From NCBI GenBank assembly GCA_000004985.1, contig GG738865.1: a stretch of DNA of 64,000 nt. One strand, written 5' to 3'. A program made the translations under genes and the position numbers. The DNA is from Naegleria gruberi. Lineage: Eukaryota. Every line of letters begins with the position of its first letter. The stretch's first letter is position 1. A model generated the notes under the pieces. That model was not told where the DNA came from and did not search any database. It worked only from the letters and a program-made list of their open reading frames with translations. Below, one piece after another: positions 28,661-40,600 of the stretch.

Positions 28661-31600
28661 NNNNNNNNNNNNNNNNNNNNNNNNNNNNNNNNNNNNNNNN
28701 NNNNNNNNNNNNNNNNNNNNNNNNNNNNNNNNNNNNNNNNNNNNNNNNNNNNNNNNNNNNNNNNNNNNNNNNNNNNNNNNNNNNNNNNNNNNNNNNNNNN
28801 NNNNNNNNNNNNNNNNNNNNNNNNNNNNNNNNNNNNNNNNNNNNNNNNNNNNNNNNNNNNNNNNNNNNNNNNNNNNNNNNNNNNNNNNNNNNNNNNNNNN
28901 NNNNNNNNNNNNNNNNNNNNNNNNNNNNNNNNNNNNNNNNNNNNNNNNNNNNNNNNNNNNNNNNNNNNNNNNNNNNNNNNNNNNNNNNNNNNNNNNNNNN
29001 NNNNNNNNNNNNNNNNNNNNNNNNNNNNNNNNNNNNNNNNNNNNNNNNNNNNNNNNNNNNNNNNNNNNNNNNNNNNNNNNNNNNNNNNNNNNNNNNNNNN
29101 NNNNNNNNNNNNNNNNNNNNNNNNNNNNNNNNNNNNNNNNNNNNNNNNNNNNNNNNNNNNNNNNNNNNNNNNNNNNNNNNNNNNNNNNNNNNNNNNNNNN
29201 NNNNNNNNNNNNNNNNNNNNNNNNNNNNNNNNNNNNNNNNNNNNNNNNNNNNNNNNNNNNNNNNNNNNNNNNNNNNNNNNNNNNNNNNNNNNNNNNNNNN
29301 NNNNNNNNNNNNNNNNNNNNNNNNNNNNNNNNNNNNNNNNNNNNNNNNNNNNNNNNNNNNNNNNNNNNNNNNNNNNNNNNNNNNNNNNNNNNNNNNNNNN
29401 NNNNNNNNNNNNNNNNNNNNNNNNNNNNNNNNNNNNNNNNNNNNNNNNNNNNNNNNNNNNNNNNNNNNNNNNNNNNNNNNNNNNNNNNNNNNNNNNNNNN
29501 NNNNNNNNNNNNNNNNNNNNNNNNNNNNNNNNNNNNNNNNNNNNNNNNNNNNNNNNNNNNNNNNNNNNNNNNNNNNNNNNNNNNNNNNNNNNNNNNNNNN
29601 NNNNNNNNNNNNNNNNNNNNNNNNNNNNNNNNNNNNNNNNNNNNNNNNNNNNNNNNNNNNNNNNNNNNNNNNNNNNNNNNNNNNNNNNNNNNNNNNNNNN
29701 NNNNNNNNNNNNNNNNNNNNNNNNNNNNNNNNNNNNNNNNNNNNNNNNNNNNNNNNNNNNNNNNNNNNNNNNNNNNNNNNNNNNNNNNNNNNNNNNNNNN
29801 NNNNNNNNNNNNNNNNNNNNNNNNNNNNNNNNNNNNNNNNNNNNNNNNNNNNNNNNNNNNNNNNNNNNNNNNNNNNNNNNNNNNNNNNNNNNNNNNNNNN
29901 NNNNNNNNNNNNNNNNNNNNNNNNNNNNNNNNNNNNNNNNNNNNNNNNNNNNNNNNNNNNNNNNNNNNNNNNNNNNNNNNNNNNNNNNNNNNNNNNNNNN
30001 NNNNNNNNNNNNNNNNNNNNNNNNNNNNNNNNNNNNNNNNNNNNNNNNNNNNNNNNNNNNNNNNNNNNNNNNNNNNNNNNNNNNNNNNNNNNNNNNNNNN
30101 NNNNNNNNNNNNNNNNNNNNNNNNNNNNNNNNNNNNNNNNNNNNNNNNNNNNNNNNNNNNNNNNNNNNNNNNNNNNNNNNNNNNNNNNNNNNNNNNNNNN
30201 NNNNNNNNNNNNNNNNNNNNNNNNNNNNNNNNNNNNNNNNNNNNNNNNNNNNNNNNNNNNNNNNNNNNNNNNNNNNNNNNNNNNNNNNNNNNNNNNNNNN
30301 NNNNNNNNNNNNNNNNNNNNNNNNNNNNNNNNNNNNNNNNNNNNNNNNNNNNNNNNNNNNNNNNNNNNNNNNNNNNNNNNNNNNNNNNNNNNNNNNNNNN
30401 NNNNNNNNNNNNNNNNNNNNNNNNNNNNNNNNNNNNNNNNNNNNNNNNNNNNNNNNNNNNNNNNNNNNNNNNNNNNNNNNNNNNNNNNNNNNNNNNNNNN
30501 NNNNNNNNNNNNNNNNNNNNNNNNNNNNNNNNNNNNNNNNNNNNNNNNNNNNNNNNNNNNNNNNNNNNNNNNNNNNNNNNNNNNNNNNNNNNNNNNNNNN
30601 NNNNNNNNNNNNNNNNNNNNNNNNNNNNNNNNNNNNNNNNNNNNNNNNNNNNNNNNNNNNNNNNNNNNNNNNNNNNNNNNNNNNNNNNNNNNNNNNNNNN
30701 NNNNNNNNNNNNNNNNNNNNNNNNNNNNNNNNNNNNNNNNNNNNNNNNNNNNNNNNNNNNNNNNNNNNNNNNNNNNNNNNNNNNNNNNNNNNNNNNNNNN
30801 NNNNNNNNNNNNNNNNNNNNNNNNNNNNNNNNNNNNNNNNNNNNNNNNNNNNNNNNNNNNNNNNNNNNNNNNNNNNNNNNNNNNNNNNNNNNNNNNNNNN
30901 NNNNNNNNNNNNNNNNNNNNNNNNNNNNNNNNNNNNNNNNNNNNNNNNNNNNNNNNNNNNNNNNNNNNNNNNNNNNNNNNNNNNNNNNNNNNNNNNNNNN
31001 NNNNNNNNNNNNNNNNNNNNNNNNNNNNNNNNNNNNNNNNNNNNNNNNNNNNNNNNNNNNNNNNNNNNNNNNNNNNNNNNNNNNNNNNNNNNNNNNNNNN
31101 NNNNNNNNNNNNNNNNNNNNNNNNNNNNNNNNNNNNNNNNNNNNNNNNNNNNNNNNNNNNNNNNNNNNNNNNNNNNNNNNNNNNNNNNNNNNNNNNNNNN
31201 NNNNNNNNNNNNNNNNNNNNNNNNNNNNNNNNNNNNNNNNNNNNNNNNNNNNNNNNNNNNNNNNNNNNNNNNNNNNNNNNNNNNNNNNNNNNNNNNNNNN
31301 NNNNNNNNNNNNNNNNNNNNNNNNNNNNNNNNNNNNNNNNNNNNNNNNNNNNNNNNNNNNNNNNNNNNNNNNNNNNNNNNNNNNNNNNNNNNNNNNNNNN
31401 NNNNNNNNNNNNNNNNNNNNNNNNNNNNNNNNNNNNNNNNNNNNNNNNNNNNNNNNNNNNNNNNNNNNNNNNNNNNNNNNNNNNNNNNNNNNNNNNNNNN
31501 NNNNNNNNNNNNNNNNNNNNNNNNNNNNNNNNNNNNNNNNNNNNNNNNNNNNNNNNNNNNNNNNNNNNNNNNNNNNNNNNNNNNNNNNNNNNNNNNNNNN

Positions 31601-34600
31601 NNNNNNNNNNNNNNNNNNNNNNNNNNNNNNNNNNNNNNNNNNNNNNNNNNNNNNNNNNNNNNNNNNNNNNNNNNNNNNNNNNNNNNNNNNNNNNNNNNNN
31701 NNNNNNNNNNNNNNNNNNNNNNNNNNNNNNNNNNNNNNNNNNNNNNNNNNNNNNNNNNNNNNNNNNNNNNNNNNNNNNNNNNNNNNNNNNNNNNNNNNNN
31801 NNNNNNNNNNNNNNNNNNNNNNNNNNNNNNNNNNNNNNNNNNNNNNNNNNNNNNNNNNNNNNNNNNNNNNNNNNNNNNNNNNNNNNNNNNNNNNNNNNNN
31901 NNNNNNNNNNNNNNNNNNNNNNNNNNNNNNNNNNNNNNNNNNNNNNNNNNNNNNNNNNNNNNNNNNNNNNNNNNNNNNNNNNNNNNNNNNNNNNNNNNNN
32001 NNNNNNNNNNNNNNNNNNNNNNNNNNNNNNNNNNNNNNNNNNNNNNNNNNNNNNNNNNNNNNNNNNNNNNNNNNNNNNNNNNNNNNNNNNNNNNNNNNNN
32101 NNNNNNNNNNNNNNNNNNNNNNNNNNNNNNNNNNNNNNNNNNNNNNNNNNNNNNNNNNNNNNNNNNNNNNNNNNNNNNNNNNNNNNNNNNNNNNNNNNNN
32201 NNNNNNNNNNNNNNNNNNNNNNNNNNNNNNNNNNNNNNNNNNNNNNNNNNNNNNNNNNNNNNNNNNNNNNNNNNNNNNNNNNNNNNNNNNNNNNNNNNNN
32301 NNNNNNNNNNNNNNNNNNNNNNNNNNNNNNNNNNNNNNNNNNNNNNNNNNNNNNNNNNNNNNNNNNNNNNNNNNNNNNNNNNNNNNNNNNNNNNNNNNNN
32401 NNNNNNNNNNNNNNNNNNNNNNNNNNNNNNNNNNNNNNNNNNNNNNNNNNNNNNNNNNNNNNNNNNNNNNNNNNNNNNNNNNNNNNNNNNNNNNNNNNNN
32501 NNNNNNNNNNNNNNNNNNNNNNNNNNNNNNNNNNNNNNNNNNNNNNNNNNNNNNNNNNNNNNNNNNNNNNNNNNNNNNNNNNNNNNNNNNNNNNNNNNNN
32601 NNNNNNNNNNNNNNNNNNNNNNNNNNNNNNNNNNNNNNNNNNNNNNNNNNNNNNNNNNNNNNNNNNNNNNNNNNNNNNNNNNNNNNNNNNNNNNNNNNNN
32701 NNNNNNNNNNNNNNNNNNNNNNNNNNNNNNNNNNNNNNNNNNNNNNNNNNNNNNNNNNNNNNNNNNNNNNNNNNNNNNNNNNNNNNNNNNNNNNNNNNNN
32801 NNNNNNNNNNNNNNNNNNNNNNNNNNNNNNNNNNNNNNNNNNNNNNNNNNNNNNNNNNNNNNNNNNNNNNNNNNNNNNNNNNNNNNNNNNNNNNNNNNNN
32901 NNNNNNNNNNNNNNNNNNNNNNNNNNNNNNNNNNNNNNNNNNNNNNNNNNNNNNNNNNNNNNNNNNNNNNNNNNNNNNNNNNNNNNNNNNNNNNNNNNNN
33001 NNNNNNNNNNNNNNNNNNNNNNNNNNNNNNNNNNNNNNNNNNNNNNNNNNNNNNNNNNNNNNNNNNNNNNNNNNNNNNNNNNNNNNNNNNNNNNNNNNNN
33101 NNNNNNNNNNNNNNNNNNNNNNNNNNNNNNNNNNNNNNNNNNNNNNNNNNNNNNNNNNNNNNNNNNNNNNNNNNNNNNNNNNNNNNNNNNNNNNNNNNNN
33201 NNNNNNNNNNNNNNNNNNNNNNNNNNNNNNNNNNNNNNNNNNNNNNNNNNNNNNNNNNNNNNNNNNNNNNNNNNNNNNNNNNNNNNNNNNNNNNNNNNNN
33301 NNNNNNNNNNNNNNNNNNNNNNNNNNNNNNNNNNNNNNNNNNNNNNNNNNNNNNNNNNNNNNNNNNNNNNNNNNNNNNNNNNNNNNNNNNNNNNNNNNNN
33401 NNNNNNNNNNNNNNNNNNNNNNNNNNNNNNNNNNNNNNNNNNNNNNNNNNNNNNNNNNNNNNNNNNNNNNNNNNNNNNNNNNNNNNNNNNNNNNNNNNNN
33501 NNNNNNNNNNNNNNNNNNNNNNNNNNNNNNNNNNNNNNNNNNNNNNNNNNNNNNNNNNNNNNNNNNNNNNNNNNNNNNNNNNNNNNNNNNNNNNNNNNNN
33601 NNNNNNNNNNNNNNNNNNNNNNNNNNNNNNNNNNNNNNNNNNNNNNNNNNNNNNNNNNNNNNNNNNNNNNNNNNNNNNNNNNNNNNNNNNNNNNNNNNNN
33701 NNNNNNNNNNNNNNNNNNNNNNNNNNNNNNNNNNNNNNNNNNNNNNNNNNNNNNNNNNNNNNNNNNNNNNNNNNNNNNNNNNNNNNNNNNNNNNNNNNNN
33801 NNNNNNNNNNNNNNNNNNNNNNNNNNNNNNNNNNNNNNNNNNNNNNNNNNNNNNNNNNNNNNNNNNNNNNNNNNNNNNNNNNNNNNNNNNNNNNNNNNNN
33901 NNNNNNNNNNNNNNNNNNNNNNNNNNNNNNNNNNNNNNNNNNNNNNNNNNNNNNNNNNNNNNNNNNNNNNNNNNNNNNNNNNNNNNNNNNNNNNNNNNNN
34001 NNNNNNNNNNNNNNNNNNNNNNNNNNNNNNNNNNNNNNNNNNNNNNNNNNNNNNNNNNNNNNNNNNNNNNNNNNNNNNNNNNNNNNNNNNNNNNNNNNNN
34101 NNNNNNNNNNNNNNNNNNNNNNNNNNNNNNNNNNNNNNNNNNNNNNNNNNNNNNNNNNNNNNNNNNNNNNNNNNNNNNNNNNNNNNNNNNNNNNNNNNNN
34201 NNNNNNNNNNNNNNNNNNNNNNNNNNNNNNNNNNNNNNNNNNNNNNNNNNNNNNNNNNNNNNNNNNNNNNNNNNNNNNNNNNNNNNNNNNNNNNNNNNNN
34301 NNNNNNNNNNNNNNNNNNNNNNNNNNNNNNNNNNNNNNNNNNNNNNNNNNNNNNNNNNNNNNNNNNNNNNNNNNNNNNNNNNNNNNNNNNNNNNNNNNNN
34401 NNNNNNNNNNNNNNNNNNNNNNNNNNNNNNNNNNNNNNNNNNNNNNNNNNNNNNNNNNNNNNNNNNNNNNNNNNNNNNNNNNNNNNNNNNNNNNNNNNNN
34501 NNNNNNNNNNNNNNNNNNNNNNNNNNNNNNNNNNNNNNNNNNNNNNNNNNNNNNNNNNNNNNNNNNNNNNNNNNNNNNNNNNNNNNNNNNNNNNNNNNNN

Positions 34601-37600
34601 NNNNNNNNNNNNNNNNNNNNNNNNNNNNNNNNNNNNNNNNNNNNNNNNNNNNNNNNNNNNNNNNNNNNNNNNNNNNNNNNNNNNNNNNNNNNNNNNNNNN
34701 NNNNNNNNNNNNNNNNNNNNNNNNNNNNNNNNNNNNNNNNNNNNNNNNNNNNNNNNNNNNNNNNNNNNNNNNNNNNNNNNNNNNNNNNNNNNNNNNNNNN
34801 NNNNNNNNNNNNNNNNNNNNNNNNNNNNNNNNNNNNNNNNNNNNNNNNNNNNNNNNNNNNNNNNNNNNNNNNNNNNNNNNNNNNNNNNNNNNNNNNNNNN
34901 NNNNNNNNNNNNNNNNNNNNNNNNNNNNNNNNNNNNNNNNNNNNNNNNNNNNNNNNNNNNNNNNNNNNNNNNNNNNNNNNNNNNNNNNNNNNNNNNNNNN
35001 NNNNNNNNNNNNNNNNNNNNNNNNNNNNNNNNNNNNNNNNNNNNNNNNNNNNNNNNNNNNNNNNNNNNNNNNNNNNNNNNNNNNNNNNNNNNNNNNNNNN
35101 NNNNNNNNNNNNNNNNNNNNNNNNNNNNNNNNNNNNNNNNNNNNNNNNNNNNNNNNNNNNNNNNNNNNNNNNNNNNNNNNNNNNNNNNNNNNNNNNNNNN
35201 NNNNNNNNNNNNNNNNNNNNNNNNNNNNNNNNNNNNNNNNNNNNNNNNNNNNNNNNNNNNNNNNNNNNNNNNNNNNNNNNNNNNNNNNNNNNNNNNNNNN
35301 NNNNNNNNNNNNNNNNNNNNNNNNNNNNNNNNNNNNNNNNNNNNNNNNNNNNNNNNNNNNNNNNNNNNNNNNNNNNNNNNNNNNNNNNNNNNNNNNNNNN
35401 NNNNNNNNNNNNNNNNNNNNNNNNNNNNNNNNNNNNNNNNNNNNNNNNNNNNNNNNNNNNNNNNNNNNNNNNNNNNNNNNNNNNNNNNNNNNNNNNNNNN
35501 NNNNNNNNNNNNNNNNNNNNNNNNNNNNNNNNNNNNNNNNNNNNNNNNNNNNNNNNNNNNNNNNNNNNNNNNNNNNNNNNNNNNNNNNNNNNNNNNNNNN
35601 NNNNNNNNNNNNNNNNNNNNNNNNNNNNNNNNNNNNNNNNNNNNNNNNNNNNNNNNNNNNNNNNNNNNNNNNNNNNNNNNNNNNNNNNNNNNNNNNNNNN
35701 NNNNNNNNNNNNNNNNNNNNNNNNNNNNNNNNNNNNNNNNNNNNNNNNNNNNNNNNNNNNNNNNNNNNNNNNNNNNNNNNNNNNNNNNNNNNNNNNNNNN
35801 NNNNNNNNNNNNNNNNNNNNNNNNNNNNNNNNNNNNNNNNNNNNNNNNNNNNNNNNNNNNNNNNNNNNNNNNNNNNNNNNNNNNNNNNNNNNNNNNNNNN
35901 NNNNNNNNNNNNNNNNNNNNNNNNNNNNNNNNNNNNNNNNNNNNNNNNNNNNNNNNNNNNNNNNNNNNNNNNNNNNNNNNNNNNNNNNNNNNNNNNNNNN
36001 NNNNNNNNNNNNNNNNNNNNNNNNNNNNNNNNNNNNNNNNNNNNNNNNNNNNNNNNNNNNNNNNNNNNNNNNNNNNNNNNNNNNNNNNNNNNNNNNNNNN
36101 NNNNNNNNNNNNNNNNNNNNNNNNNNNNNNNNNNNNNNNNNNNNNNNNNNNNNNNNNNNNNNNNNNNNNNNNNNNNNNNNNNNNNNNNNNNNNNNNNNNN
36201 NNNNNNNNNNNNNNNNNNNNNNNNNNNNNNNNNNNNNNNNNNNNNNNNNNNNNNNNNNNNNNNNNNNNNNNNNNNNNNNNNNNNNNNNNNNNNNNNNNNN
36301 NNNNNNNNNNNNNNNNNNNNNNNNNNNNNNNNNNNNNNNNNNNNNNNNNNNNNNNNNNNNNNNNNNNNNNNNNNNNNNNNNNNNNNNNNNNNNNNNNNNN
36401 NNNNNNNNNNNNNNNNNNNNNNNNNNNNNNNNNNNNNNNNNNNNNNNNNNNNNNNNNNNNNNNNNNNNNNNNNNNNNNNNNNNNNNNNNNNNNNNNNNNN
36501 NNNNNNNNNNNNNNNNNNNNNNNNNNNNNNNNNNNNNNNNNNNNNNNNNNNNNNNNNNNNNNNNNNNNNNNNNNNNNNNNNNNNNNNNNNNNNNNNNNNN
36601 NNNNNNNNNNNNNNNNNNNNNNNNNNNNNNNNNNNNNNNNNNNNNNNNNNNNNNNNNNNNNNNNNNNNNNNNNNNNNNNNNNNNNNNNNNNNNNNNNNNN
36701 NNNNNNNNNNNNNNNNNNNNNNNNNNNNNNNNNNNNNNNNNNNNNNNNNNNNNNNNNNNNNNNNNNNNNNNNNNNNNNNNNNNNNNNNNNNNNNNNNNNN
36801 NNNNNNNNNNNNNNNNNNNNNNNNNNNNNNNNNNNNNNNNNNNNNNNNNNNNNNNNNNNNNNNNNNNNNNNNNNNNNNNNNNNNNNNNNNNNNNNNNNNN
36901 NNNNNNNNNNNNNNNNNNNNNNNNNNNNNNNNNNNNNNNNNNNNNNNNNNNNNNNNNNNNNNNNNNNNNNNNNNNNNNNNNNNNNNNNNNNNNNNNNNNN
37001 NNNNNNNNNNNNNNNNNNNNNNNNNNNNNNNNNNNNNNNNNNNNNNNNNNNNNNNNNNNNNNNNNNNNNNNNNNNNNNNNNNNNNNNNNNNNNNNNNNNN
37101 NNNNNNNNNNNNNNNNNNNNNNNNNNNNNNNNNNNNNNNNNNNNNNNNNNNNNNNNNNNNNNNNNNNNNNNNNNNNNNNNNNNNNNNNNNNNNNNNNNNN
37201 NNNNNNNNNNNNNNNNNNNNNNNNNNNNNNNNNNNNNNNNNNNNNNNNNNNNNNNNNNNNNNNNNNNNNNNNNNNNNNNNNNNNNNNNNNNNNNNNNNNN
37301 NNNNNNNNNNNNNNNNNNNNNNNNNNNNNNNNNNNNNNNNNNNNNNNNNNNNNNNNNNNNNNNNNNNNNNNNNNNNNNNNNNNNNNNNNNNNNNNNNNNN
37401 NNNNNNNNNNNNNNNNNNNNNNNNNNNNNNNNNNNNNNNNNNNNNNNNNNNNNNNNNNNNNNNNNNNNNNNNNNNNNNNNNNNNNNNNNNNNNNNNNNNN
37501 NNNNNNNNNNNNNNNNNNNNNNNNNNNNNNNNNNNNNNNNNNNNNNNNNNNNNNNNNNNNNNNNNNNNNNNNNNNNNNNNNNNNNNNNNNNNNNNNNNNN

Positions 37601-40600
37601 NNNNNNNNNNNNNNNNNNNNNNNNNNNNNNNNNNNNNNNNNNNNNNNNNNNNNNNNNNNNNNNNNNNNNNNNNNNNNNNNNNNNNNNNNNNNNNNNNNNN
37701 NNNNNNNNNNNNNNNNNNNNNNNNNNNNNNNNNNNNNNNNNNNNNNNNNNNNNNNNNNNNNNNNNNNNNNNNNNNNNNNNNNNNNNNNNNNNNNNNNNNN
37801 NNNNNNNNNNNNNNNNNNNNNNNNNNNNNNNNNNNNNNNNNNNNNNNNNNNNNNNNNNNNNNNNNNNNNNNNNNNNNNNNNNNNNNNNNNNNNNNNNNNN
37901 NNNNNNNNNNNNNNNNNNNNNNNNNNNNNNNNNNNNNNNNNNNNNNNNNNNNNNNNNNNNNNNNNNNNNNNNNNNNNNNNNNNNNNNNNNNNNNNNNNNN
38001 NNNNNNNNNNNNNNNNNNNNNNNNNNNNNNNNNNNNNNNNNNNNNNNNNNNNNNNNNNNNNNNNNNNNNNNNNNNNNNNNNNNNNNNNNNNNNNNNNNNN
38101 NNNNNNNNNNNNNNNNNNNNNNNNNNNNNNNNNNNNNNNNNNNNNNNNNNNNNNNNNNNNNNNNNNNNNNNNNNNNNNNNNNNNNNNNNNNNNNNNNNNN
38201 NNNNNNNNNNNNNNNNNNNNNNNNNNNNNNNNNNNNNNNNNNNNNNNNNNNNNNNNNNNNNNNNNNNNNNNNNNNNNNNNNNNNNNNNNNNNNNNNNNNN
38301 NNNNNNNNNNNNNNNNNNNNNNNNNNNNNNNNNNNNNNNNNNNNNNNNNNNNNNNNNNNNNNNNNNNNNNNNNNNNNNNNNNNNNNNNNNNNNNNNNNNN
38401 NNNNNNNNNNNNNNNNNNNNNNNNNNNNNNNNNNNNNNNNNNNNNNNNNNNNNNNNNNNNNNNNNNNNNNNNNNNNNNNNNNNNNNNNNNNNNNNNNNNN
38501 NNNNNNNNNNNNNNNNNNNNNNNNNNNNNNNNNNNNNNNNNNNNNNNNNNNNNNNNNNNNNNNNNNNNNNNNNNNNNNNNNNNNNNNNNNNNNNNNNNNN
38601 NNNNNNNNNNNNNNNNNNNNNNNNNNNNNNNNNNNNNNNNNNNNNNNNNNNNNNNNNNNNNNNNNNNNNNNNNNNNNNNNNNNNNNNNNNNNNNNNNNNN
38701 NNNNNNNNNNNNNNNNNNNNNNNNNNNNNNNNNNNNNNNNNNNNNNNNNNNNNNNNNNNNNNNNNNNNNNNNNNNNNNNNNNNNNNNNNNNNNNNNNNNN
38801 NNNNNNNNNNNNNNNNNNNNNNNNNNNNNNNNNNNNNNNNNNNNNNNNNNNNNNNNNNNNNNNNNNNNNNNNNNNNNNNNNNNNNNNNNNNNNNNNNNNN
38901 NNNNNNNNNNNNNNNNNNNNNNNNNNNNNNNNNNNNNNNNNNNNNNNNNNNNNNNNNNNNNNNNNNNNNNNNNNNNNNNNNNNNNNNNNNNNNNNNNNNN
39001 NNNNNNNNNNNNNNNNNNNNNNNNNNNNNNNNNNNNNNNNNNNNNNNNNNNNNNNNNNNNNNNNNNNNNNNNNNNNNNNNNNNNNNNNNNNNNNNNNNNN
39101 NNNNNNNNNNNNNNNNNNNNNNNNNNNNNNNNNNNNNNNNNNNNNNNNNNNNNNNNNNNNNNNNNNNNNNNNNNNNNNNNNNNNNNNNNNNNNNNNNNNN
39201 NNNNNNNNNNNNNNNNNNNNNNNNNNNNNNNNNNNNNNNNNNNNNNNNNNNNNNNNNNNNNNNNNNNNNNNNNNNNNNNNNNNNNNNNNNNNNNNNNNNN
39301 NNNNNNNNNNNNNNNNNNNNNNNNNNNNNNNNNNNNNNNNNNNNNNNNNNNNNNNNNNNNNNNNNNNNNNNNNNNNNNNNNNNNNNNNNNNNNNNNNNNN
39401 NNNNNNNNNNNNNNNNNNNNNNNNNNNNNNNNNNNNNNNNNNNNNNNNNNNNNNNNNNNNNNNNNNNNNNNNNNNNNNNNNNNNNNNNNNNNNNNNNNNN
39501 NNNNNNNNNNNNNNNNNNNNNNNNNNNNNNNNNNNNNNNNNNNNNNNNNNNNNNNNNNNNNNNNNNNNNNNNNNNNNNNNNNNNNNNNNNNNNNNNNNNN
39601 NNNNNNNNNNNNNNNNNNNNNNNNNNNNNNNNNNNNNNNNNNNNNNNNNNNNNNNNNNNNNNNNNNNNNNNNNNNNNNNNNNNNNNNNNNNNNNNNNNNN
39701 NNNNNNNNNNNNNNNNNNNNNNNNNNNNNNNNNNNNNNNNNNNNNNNNNNNNNNNNNNNNNNNNNNNNNNNNNNNNNNNNNNNNNNNNNNNNNNNNNNNN
39801 NNNNNNNNNNNNNNNNNNNNNNNNNNNNNNNNNNNNNNNNNNNNNNNNNNNNNNNNNNNNNNNNNNNNNNNNNNNNNNNNNNNNNNNNNNNNNNNNNNNN
39901 NNNNNNNNNNNNNNNNNNNNNNNNNNNNNNNNNNNNNNNNNNNNNNNNNNNNNNNNNNNNNNNNNNNNNNNNNNNNNNNNNNNNNNNNNNNNNNNNNNNN
40001 NNNNNNNNNNNNNNNNNNNNNNNNNNNNNNNNNNNNNNNNNNNNNNNNNNNNNNNNNNNNNNNNNNNNNNNNNNNNNNNNNNNNNNNNNNNNNNNNNNNN
40101 NNNNNNNNNNNNNNNNNNNNNNNNNNNNNNNNNNNNNNNNNNNNNNNNNNNNNNNNNNNNNNNNNNNNNNNNNNNNNNNNNNNNNNNNNNNNNNNNNNNN
40201 NNNNNNNNNNNNNNNNNNNNNNNNNNNNNNNNNNNNNNNNNNNNNNNNNNNNNNNNNNNNNNNNNNNNNNNNNNNNNNNNNNNNNNNNNNNNNNNNNNNN
40301 NNNNNNNNNNNNNNNNNNNNNNNNNNNNNNNNNNNNNNNNNNNNNNNNNNNNNNNNNNNNNNNNNNNNNNNNNNNNNNNNNNNNNNNNNNNNNNNNNNNN
40401 NNNNNNNNNNNNNNNNNNNNNNNNNNNNNNNNNNNNNNNNNNNNNNNNNNNNNNNNNNNNNNNNNNNNNNNNNNNNNNNNNNNNNNNNNNNNNNNNNNNN
40501 NNNNNNNNNNNNNNNNNNNNNNNNNNNNNNNNNNNNNNNNNNNNNNNNNNNNNNNNNNNNNNNNNNNNNNNNNNNNNNNNNNNNNNNNNNNNNNNNNNNN